Shown here: positions 56,785 through 64,000 of the stretch, one piece after another
Layout: the number at the start of each line of letters is the position of its first letter
How positions within the stretch are numbered: the first letter of the stretch is position 1
Assembly: GCA_963806855.1 (NCBI GenBank)
Contig: CAWDYW010000001.1
Span: 1,216,001 to 1,280,000 of the forward strand
DNA: 64,000 nt
Origin: an uncultured Verrucomicrobiae bacterium
GTDB lineage: Bacteria > Chlamydiota > Chlamydiia > Chlamydiales > Rhabdochlamydiaceae
Direction of reading: 5' to 3'
Notes under the pieces: generated by a model
The model's input: the letters and a program-made list of their open reading frames with translations, nothing else
Told to the model about the DNA's origin: nothing
Database searches by the model: none
Made by a program: the position numbers and the translations under genes

Positions 56785-56970
56785 GTTTCTTAGTATACCC
56801 CCCCCTCGGTTAAAAACTTTGAGGAGCCTCCTTGTCAAATTTCCGCTTCTTCAAGTTGTTTCGGTCTAGTACGACACTCGATCTAAAAAATTTTTGTTTT
56901 CAAAATTTTACCTTTCATGTTACGCTTTCCTAAGATTTTCACTACAAACCTGTAACAAGGAGAAAAAGAG

Positions 56971-57948
56971 ATGAAAATGAATAAAACCAGTACCTTGATC
57001 GCAAGCGTGGTCTTACTATTTGGAGTAGCTCATGCTGATGAAACGTATCAAGAATGGCAAGATTCCGAGCAGCTCGTTGTAGCCTCAGAAGAGACAGCCG
57101 TTGTTGATGAGGATTGTGAAGAATATGCGGAAGTTTGTGAAGAATTAGCTGAAAATAGCGAAGATTTCGCTGAAGATGAAATAGCCGCTCAAGAGCAAGA
57201 AGAGGCACTTGAAGAAGCTGTTTTTGTAGAAGAAGAGCATGTCATCGTCGACTCTCGCCCTCTTCTACCCCAAACATATCTTCAAATGGAACAAGCTCGT
57301 CACGCTGAATTAGAGCAAGCTAATGAGCTTACTGAAGAAGAAGCCATCCAACTCGGGGTGCTCATCATCCCAATCAAATCTCAAAATTTAATCGCCTTAG
57401 CGTCAAATCAAATCCAAACCACAGCATCTACCTTATCCCCCTGCCACTATCATATGATATCCACTTTTTCCAAAGGGAACGTCATCAAAATTGAGGACGG
57501 TTCCGAGTGGATTTCTGATAAAGCAGATGCTCACATTCTTCGTAACTGGAAAGCTGGACAACAAATTATCATCACCCCAAATCAACAACTGCTCCTTGGC
57601 TCACACTATACTTATATCATGACCAATACCGTAGTAGGCGACTCTGTAAAGGTCAACTTATTCCTCGGACCTGCAGCATTTGGTCACCAGAGTGCATGGG
57701 TCGTTGGAATTGATCAAAACCTTGGTAAAGTCTATATCATCAACGGCCGAGGTGACAGGACGGTTTGGGAAGTTTCTAATTCCGATATGTACCTGGTGAA
57801 AGACTGGAAAGTGAATGATACTATCATCATTGGTGAAAATGATAGCTGGCTTTGGTACTTTTCTTCTTACAAAAGCATGCTAGTCAACGTCAATATGAAC
57901 CATTATATTCGTGCACAACAAATCCTCCAATCTACTCAAAAATGGTAG
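56971..57948 (+). CDS. Exported protein with acidic N-terminus and two beta-rich repeats
   Basis: Signal peptide (VAHA); IEDGSEWIS..W..GQQIII / DRTVWEVS..WKVNDTIII. Confidence 0.8.
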   Translation: MKMNKTSTLIASVVLLFGVAHADETYQEWQDSEQLVVASEETAVVDEDCEEYAEVCEELAENSEDFAEDEIAAQEQEEALEEAVFVEEEHVIVDSRPLLPQTYLQMEQARHAELEQANELTEEEAIQLGVLIIPIKSQNLIALASNQIQTTASTLSPCHYHMISTFSKGNVIKIEDGSEWISDKADAHILRNWKAGQQIIITPNQQLLLGSHYTYIMTNTVVGDSVKVNLFLGPAAFGHQSAWVVGIDQNLGKVYIINGRGDRTVWEVSNSDMYLVKDWKVNDTIIIGENDSWLWYFSSYKSMLVNVNMNHYIRAQQILQSTQKW

Positions 57949-57955
57949 GTTTAAG

Positions 57956-58270
57956 ATGAATCTAGATTTGCAGATAGAGGGCAGATACTCACAAAGAACT
58001 GAAGATCTTCAGCATTTGAAGCAAAGTTTTAGCGGATATGAAATGCCAGTCAATGCACCAAGTGAACATGCTGTTTCGATTCTGAGGGGACTTTCTCTTA
58101 TTTTGGGGATGGTCTTTTCGTTGGCAACCATCATTCTGATGAAACCTGCCATGGCATTTATTTATGTCACCTTGATCCTAGGTGCCAGTGGAACAATTGC
58201 GATCGGATCAGAAAAAATCATCACGATTCTTCCTGAACGACTCTGGTCGTCAAAGCATCTAAAGAGATAA
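57956..58270 (+). CDS. Small two-TM hypothetical protein
   Basis: Hydrophobic hairpin; starts 7 nt after the upstream stop. Confidence 0.6.
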   Translation: MNLDLQIEGRYSQRTEDLQHLKQSFSGYEMPVNAPSEHAVSILRGLSLILGMVFSLATIILMKPAMAFIYVTLILGASGTIAIGSEKIITILPERLWSSKHLKR

Positions 58271-58302
58271 AATATGTGCCTGTGTATGACACGGGCACCT
58301 AT

Positions 58303-59544
58303 TTATGTAGCATAGAAGAGGAAAGGAATCTCCATCTCCCCTCTCGTCAGCCCGCCATGGGCGCCATAGAAATTCTGTTGAAAGCGGTCTCGCTCAAACC
58401 ACCAAACTGCTTCCCCTCTGTAAGGCAGGATGACAAGATTGCCTACCCGACTTCGGAAATTCTCACTTGGAGGGCTAGGGCCGAAGATGCCTGCCTCAAG
58501 CAATTCTTCTGTTTCATAGATTTCGGCCTTTTCTTTCAAAAACAGCCCTAAGACCTCTTTTAATTCAGGAAGGGTTTCTGGATGGGCGTGTAGAAAGAAG
58601 TCTCGGCAGGAACCGGCTGGAGCCAGAGGCTTATCGCGCCGGCCAAATTGGAGATATTTTGCGATATTGGGGATCTTTTTATTCAGATAATAGGTCTGCT
58701 CAGGACTCACTTCGACCATTCCATGGTCAGCTGTAATCAGAAGGGCTGTTTTGGGTGGCAGTTGGCTGATAAAAGCCTCGATTTCAGTCCAGATCTTTTC
58801 AATGATTTTGCCGAATTCTGCCGAATGGATCCCCTTTCTGTGGCCGGTGGCATCGATATCCCCATAATAAAAGAAGCTATAGGTCTTTTCCTTTTGTAGA
58901 GTGGAGAGGAGCGTTTCGAATGCTTGACCCGTTTTTTTATAGCCATACACAGTTGCCCCATCGAGGACCGATTGCGAATAGGGAGAGGATGCCACCGCAG
59001 TGGATTGAAATGCGCTACACTGAATTCCTCGCTCCGAGAGGCTATGATAGATTGTTTCTCTTGGAAAGAGCTCTTTGGGATTGAGATGCAATGTGGCTGT
59101 ACTGCGATCTCCGGCGTAAGAGAACGGCAGTGGCGCGATGATATCATTTAGCTTGGGCTCATAGATAAACCACTCGTAGATTCCGGTTTGACTCGGGATT
59201 AATCCTGTATTGATACAGGTGACATGGGCAGCCGTTGTCGAGGGGAACATGCTGGTGATTTTCGACGCAATCCCCTGGTTTTCGAGTTTCTGGAGGATTG
59301 GAATTCTACTTTTGAACTCTTCAAAAAAAGCCCATCCAAAAGCATCTAAAAACAAAAGAATCACATGGTCATAGGGGCCAGCAATTGTGGTATCCTCTGG
59401 CAATCCCCCCCCTAATTCCGGAAAAAAGAGCTTTTTGATTGTTGCAGGAATTTTTGAAAAGCAGTAGGAAGAGTAAAGGGGCCGGCAGAACTGCTTTGAA
59501 AAGGTTGAGCTGCTCACTGCGAGGAGCGATTTTTCATTTATCAT
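58303..59544 (-). CDS. Alkaline phosphatase superfamily (type I phosphodiesterase / nucleotide pyrophosphatase)
   Basis: LDAFG, FPSTT (Thr nucleophile), DIDATGH, ITADHG, GAHGG. Confidence 0.88.
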   Translation of the reverse strand: MINEKSLLAVSSSTFSKQFCRPLYSSYCFSKIPATIKKLFFPELGGGLPEDTTIAGPYDHVILLFLDAFGWAFFEEFKSRIPILQKLENQGIASKITSMFPSTTAAHVTCINTGLIPSQTGIYEWFIYEPKLNDIIAPLPFSYAGDRSTATLHLNPKELFPRETIYHSLSERGIQCSAFQSTAVASSPYSQSVLDGATVYGYKKTGQAFETLLSTLQKEKTYSFFYYGDIDATGHRKGIHSAEFGKIIEKIWTEIEAFISQLPPKTALLITADHGMVEVSPEQTYYLNKKIPNIAKYLQFGRRDKPLAPAGSCRDFFLHAHPETLPELKEVLGLFLKEKAEIYETEELLEAGIFGPSPPSENFRSRVGNLVILPYRGEAVWWFERDRFQQNFYGAHGGLTRGEMEIPFLFYAT

Positions 59545-59575
59545 TTAATACAGGTCCGGTTAAACTTATTTCGTT

Positions 59576-60976
59576 ATGAACAAAATTGTTAAGATCCATA
59601 AGGTTTTATCTGTTTTCACTCTTGCGATGATCAACGTGGCAGCGATCGGCAGTGTGAAAAATTGGCCTTTTATATCCGAATATGGGCTTGCTTCGCTGTT
59701 CTTCCTTATTCTAGCCGCTCTAATCTTTTTTTTCCCGGTCTCCCTCGTTTCGGCTGAGCTTGCCACAGGTTGGCCCCACAAAGGCGGTGTCTATCTTTGG
59801 GTCAAGGAGGCCTTTGGTCCCAATTGGGGATTTTTGGCAATCTGGCTGCAATGGATTGAAAATGTCGCCTGGTATCCGACGGTTCTCTCTTTTGCTGCGG
59901 CGACGATTGCCTATATCTTCGATCCTGCCCTTGCCAATAGCACGATTTTTACAATTTGTGTCGTTCTGGTGCTATTTTGGGGGGCGACGATCGCTAATTA
60001 CTATGGAATGAAAGCATCAGGCTGGATCAGCAATGTCGGAGCGCTATGCGGTTCTTTTATCCCTGGAGCGATCATCATTGCCTTAGGGATTTTCTGGGTA
60101 GTCGAAGGCTCCCCTCTTGAGATCTCCTTTACAGCTGAGGCGCTCATTCCCAATTTTAGCCTAGACAACATGGTCATTTTTTGTGGGATCATGCTCGCTT
60201 TCTGTGGAATGGAAATGTCCTCTGTTCATGCCCTCGATGTCAACAACCCCAAAAGAGATTATCCCAAAGCGATCCTCCTATCAGCTGCCCTGATCCTCGG
60301 CCTCTCCATTTTAGGGGTGCTTTCGATTGCGATCGTGGTCCCTCAGAAGCAGATTAGCCTAACCGCCGGAACCATGCAGGCCTTTACGGTTTTCTTGAGC
60401 CGCTACAATCTTAAATGGTTCATTCCGGTGATCGCCGCTCTGATGGCTGTCGGATTATTTGGCTCTGTTGGCACCTGGATCATCGGCCCGGTCAAAGGAT
60501 TGCACGCTGCGGGGCAAGAGGGACACCTCCCTCCGGTTTTCCACAAAGTCAATAAACACCAGGTGCCGGTTCCCCTACTGGTATTCCAAGGGATCCTCGC
60601 CACCGTCTTGACTCTGATGTTCCTCTTGATGCCTTCAGTTAGCTCAGCATTCTGGATCCTAACCGTTTTGGTTGCCCAGCTCTATCTGCTGATGTATGTG
60701 CTGGTGTTTGCCGCCGCCATACGGTTACGCTATACCCATCCCAAAATCGAGCGCCCCTATCGGGTCCCAGGGGGGAAATTTGGGATTTGGCTGATTTGCG
60801 GGATTGGGATTATCGGGGCAGTGCTTGCCCTGTTAATTGGCTACTTGCCCCCAGCTCAATTCAAAGTGGGCAACAGCTTCTTCTATTCGGGCTTTTTGGT
60901 CGCCGCGACGGTCATTAGCTGCATCTTCCCCTTCATTCTTTTCTTTTTCAAAAAACCCAGCTGGGTAAAAAAATAA
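59576..60976 (+). CDS. APC amino-acid permease (GadC-like)
   Basis: LAMINVA, P.SLVSAELAT..P..GGVY.WV, GMEMS, NPKRDYP, RPYRVPGG. Confidence 0.9.
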   Translation: MNKIVKIHKVLSVFTLAMINVAAIGSVKNWPFISEYGLASLFFLILAALIFFFPVSLVSAELATGWPHKGGVYLWVKEAFGPNWGFLAIWLQWIENVAWYPTVLSFAAATIAYIFDPALANSTIFTICVVLVLFWGATIANYYGMKASGWISNVGALCGSFIPGAIIIALGIFWVVEGSPLEISFTAEALIPNFSLDNMVIFCGIMLAFCGMEMSSVHALDVNNPKRDYPKAILLSAALILGLSILGVLSIAIVVPQKQISLTAGTMQAFTVFLSRYNLKWFIPVIAALMAVGLFGSVGTWIIGPVKGLHAAGQEGHLPPVFHKVNKHQVPVPLLVFQGILATVLTLMFLLMPSVSSAFWILTVLVAQLYLLMYVLVFAAAIRLRYTHPKIERPYRVPGGKFGIWLICGIGIIGAVLALLIGYLPPAQFKVGNSFFYSGFLVAATVISCIFPFILFFFKKPSWVKK

Positions 60977-60993
60977 GATATAGAGGTACCTCT

Positions 60994-61977
60994 TTAGAGG
61001 AGCCACCAGGTGGAAAGGCCCAAGTAGATCGCTGTCGTGATGACGTCGGCGAGCATGAGGACGACGGGGCCGGCTGCGACTTTTGGGTCGAGTTTACGGG
61101 CATGGAGGATGAGTGGCGTCGCTGCCCCAATCGCACCCGAAATGGTGACCGAAATGATGATTCCGGCGGCAATTGAAATGGGCGGCCGCCATCCCTCGCC
61201 CCAAAGAAGTGAAAGTCCCCCTACAATCAATCCCGACGTGAGAGCCAGGAATGAGACCATCTTAGTTTCATTGAAGATCTGATATAGAATTCGCTTAAAA
61301 GAGATTTTCGGGCGGTGAATGAGCTGCAGGCTGTAGCTCATCGATTGCATTGAGATCGATTCGCTTAAGGTGAGGACCAGAGGAATAAACATCGCCAAAA
61401 GGATCACCTCTAAAAGAACCATTTCATAGATGCGCGAAATGATTGCGCAGGCAATTCCCCCGATCATATTGCAAAAAATCCAGGGCATGCGGGTCCGATA
61501 AATGATCCAATTCGAACGGGGTTTCGATTCTTCGAGATGGAGGCCGAGCACCTGAAAGAGGTCGGCCGAGTTTGCTTTGGCCTTGTTGATATCGACGGCT
61601 TCTCCGAGATAGAGCTGAATATCAATCACCCCTAAGAAGCGGTTGTTTTTATCGACAACCGGGACAGCAAGCAGTCGATGCCGTGTCAAAATTTCTTTCG
61701 CCTGCTCCAGGGAATGGTCGGAAGAGATCGAAATGATCCGATCCTCCAATATCGTATGGATTTTAGAGTCGGCTGGGCTGAGGAGGAGGTTGCGGGTAGA
61801 GACCACCCCCTTGAGGCGAGCCTCGTTATCGACCACATAGAGATAAAAGATCTGGTCGTCGATGTGCTGTTTCCGAATATGGGAAAGGGCATCGTCGACG
61901 GTATGATCGACAGATATGGTCGTTTTTACCGGCGATATAAAATCACTTACTTTTTGCTGGAGATTGGTCAGGGTCAT
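60994..61977 (-). CDS. mgtE: MgtE-family Mg2+ transporter (CBS pair + TM domain, no N domain)
   Basis: YLYVVD...L.GVVS, AVPVVD, R.PW, FIP, DPKVAAGP....D. Confidence 0.85.
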   Translation of the reverse strand: MTLTNLQQKVSDFISPVKTTISVDHTVDDALSHIRKQHIDDQIFYLYVVDNEARLKGVVSTRNLLLSPADSKIHTILEDRIISISSDHSLEQAKEILTRHRLLAVPVVDKNNRFLGVIDIQLYLGEAVDINKAKANSADLFQVLGLHLEESKPRSNWIIYRTRMPWIFCNMIGGIACAIISRIYEMVLLEVILLAMFIPLVLTLSESISMQSMSYSLQLIHRPKISFKRILYQIFNETKMVSFLALTSGLIVGGLSLLWGEGWRPPISIAAGIIISVTISGAIGAATPLILHARKLDPKVAAGPVVLMLADVITTAIYLGLSTWWLL

Positions 61978-62024
61978 TAGCGGTTTGTTTGCTCTTTTTT
62001 TATTTTTCTTATATTCTATAGAGC

Positions 62025-62786
62025 ATGTCAAAACAACAAAAAACTTCATGGGAGTCTTCGGCCAAATGGTATGATGAGGCGGTCGGGGAAAAGGGGCACT
62101 ACTACCACGAGCATGTCATATTGCCCAACCTGCTTAAAAGCATGGAGTTAGCGAAGTCAGAGGCTCCCAAGGTCCTCGATATCGCCTGTGGTCAAGGGAT
62201 TTTGGCTCGCCAGATTCCAAAAGGGGTCCCCTATTTAGGAATCGATATCTCCCCCACCCTGATCCAATCGGCCAAAGAGAGGGCTGACAAAAAGCATCAC
62301 CGTTTCCAAGTTCAGGATGCGACCAAGCAAATGGCTCTGCCCGAGAGGGACTTCACCCATGCGATGATCATTTTGGCCCTTCAAAATATTGCTGACCCAC
62401 TCCAAGTGCTAAAAAATATTGAGAAGCATCTAGCCCCGGGGGGGAAGCTTTTCATCGTCCTCAACCACCCCTGTTTTCGTATCCCTAGGCAAACGAGTTG
62501 GGGGGTCGACGAGGCCAAAAAATTACAATACCGACGGGTCGATTGCTACCTCTCCCCGCTTCAGATCCCGATCCAGACCCATCCCGGCAAAAAGGAGGAG
62601 GTTCAAACCCTCTCATTCCACTACCCCCTTTCGAGCTATACCAAATGGCTTAAAGAGGCCGGTTTTGTGATCGTTGAGATCGAGGAATGGGTATCGGATA
62701 AAATGAGCACTGGGACGAAGGCCCGGATGGAAAACCGGGCTCGGGCAGAATTTCCGTTGTTTTTAGCGTTGGTTTGCCAAAAATAA
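62025..62786 (+). CDS. Class I SAM-dependent methyltransferase
   Basis: VLDIACGQG, GIDIS, LAPGG, NHPCFRIPR. Confidence 0.88.
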   Translation: MSKQQKTSWESSAKWYDEAVGEKGHYYHEHVILPNLLKSMELAKSEAPKVLDIACGQGILARQIPKGVPYLGIDISPTLIQSAKERADKKHHRFQVQDATKQMALPERDFTHAMIILALQNIADPLQVLKNIEKHLAPGGKLFIVLNHPCFRIPRQTSWGVDEAKKLQYRRVDCYLSPLQIPIQTHPGKKEEVQTLSFHYPLSSYTKWLKEAGFVIVEIEEWVSDKMSTGTKARMENRARAEFPLFLALVCQK

Positions 62787-62812
62787 AAATCAACTATGGT
62801 ATAGTACTGCAC

Positions 62813-64000
62813 ATGTGTGGAATTTACGGACATATTGGAACATCAAACTCGATTGAGAAGTGTCTCAAGGGATTAAAATTTCTCGAATACCGGGGCTATG
62901 ATTCTGCTGGGATTGCCGGAATCGACGAGGGCTCGCTATTTTGCTTTAAGGAAAAAGGGAAAATCTCTGAGCTAGAAAAGAGGCTCGAAAATAAGCTCCA
63001 TTCTTTCCAGTCCTCGATTGGCCATACCCGTTGGGCGACGCATGGGAAAGCTTCCCAGATCAATGCGCACCCCCATCTCGACCAGAAAAAGGAAGTGGCA
63101 GTTGTCCATAATGGGATCTTGGAGAACTACCGCTCTCTACGGACGATGCTTGAGGGAAAAGGGGTCCACTTTGAGTCGGAGACCGATACGGAGGTGATCG
63201 TACAGCTGATTGCCCATTTCTACCAGGGAGATTTGATTAAGGCTGTCCAGCAGGCGATTTGCCTGATGAAAGGTTTTTGGGGCCTCGCGGTCATTCATAA
63301 AAATCATCCCGGGCAAATTTTGGCCACCTGTAATGAGAATCCGATCGTCATCGGCCTCTCCAAGGATAAGAGCGAGTCGTTTATCTCTTCTGATCCTCAA
63401 GCTTTTGGACGCAAGGATATCGATCTATTTTTCCTGAAAAATCATGAGATTGCGATTGTCTATAAGGACAAGGTCGAAATTTTCGATCGCAATGCATGCG
63501 CCATAGAAAAAGCTCCAGAAGAGATTGAGGTCTCCAATTTCGAAATTAGCAAGGGAGACTTCGAGCACTACATGCTGAAGGAGATTTATGAGCAGCCTCA
63601 TGCGATTCGAAGTGCAATCCACAACCGTTTTCTCATGGACAGCGGCGTTGCCGAATTCGAAAATTTTGCATTCTCGAAAGAAGAATTTCAGACTATTAAG
63701 CAGATCCTCATCTTAGGGTGCGGTTCATCTTGGCACGCTGGATGCATTGCGGCCCAGCAATTCGAGGAGCTTGCCCATCTTCCTGCCCAGGCAGAAATCG
63801 CCTCGGAATACCGCTATCGTCAGACGACGGTCCGCCCAGATACTCTGGTGATTGCGATTTCTCAATCAGGCGAGACGTTCGATACGATTGCGGCTGTTCG
63901 AAAAATGAAAGCAAATGGGGCGAAAGTCTTGGCGATTTGCAATGTCCCCAGTTCGACTTTAATGCGCGAGGCTAACTACACCATTCTACTGCGTGCCGGT
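62813..64000 (+). CDS. glmS: Glucosamine-fructose-6-phosphate aminotransferase, N-terminal part (absent from ORF track; runs off window)
   Basis: ATG TGT GGA ATT = MCGI; LEYRGYDSAG, IGHTRWATHG, NAHPH, HNG, SETDTEV, MLKEIYEQP, SQSGET. Confidence 0.96.
   Translation, partial: MCGIYGHIGTSNSIEKCLKGLKFLEYRGYDSAGIAGIDEGSLFCFKEKGKISELEKRLENKLHSFQSSIGHTRWATHGKASQINAHPHLDQKKEVAVVHNGILENYRSLRTMLEGKGVHFESETDTEVIVQLIAHFYQGDLIKAVQQAICLMKGFWGLAVIHKNHPGQILATCNENPIVIGLSKDKSESFISSDPQAFGRKDIDLFFLKNHEIAIVYKDKVEIFDRNACAIEKAPEEIEVSNFEISKGDFEHYMLKEIYEQPHAIRSAIHNRFLMDSGVAEFENFAFSKEEFQTIKQILILGCGSSWHAGCIAAQQFEELAHLPAQAEIASEYRYRQTTVRPDTLVIAISQSGETFDTIAAVRKMKANGAKVLAICNVPSSTLMREANYTILLRAG

Overview
A 64 kb chromosomal segment, most likely from an environmental member of the Chlamydiota. 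This is inferred from the Npt/TLC-family carriers, three Cys-rich MOMP/Lpg1974-like porins, the waaA-leuS and smpB/dnaN-recF gene order and many AT-rich orphan genes with eukaryote-like motifs. The backbone is housekeeping (partial treY, tpx, ubiE/menG, malic enzyme, waaA, leuS, smpB, dnaN, recF, pgi, trmB, exbBD-like, mgtE, partial glmS) plus four tRNAs. Best leads: (1) a compact operon of a type III PKS, a membrane protein with a duplicated DE..H/E..H motif and a UbiG-like methyltransferase, possibly a polyketide quinone or phenolic-lipid pathway; (2) a co-directional run of GMP reductase-like, SAMHD1-like HD hydrolase, two short NTT carriers and malic enzyme; (3) a thioredoxin reductase-thioredoxin fusion with a signal peptide; (4) non-autonomous 165-171 bp palindromic elements in two families, one with interchangeable outer stems and one copy supplying a protein C-terminus; (5) candidate host-directed effectors (U-box/TPR, C4HC3 finger + MIU-like, permuted papain-like, ART-like, duplicated ankyrin proteins); (6) a ~1.7 kb decayed island at tRNA-Met. 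No CRISPR array, rRNA, integrase or transposase was seen. All calls come from reading motifs by eye; no database searches were run.
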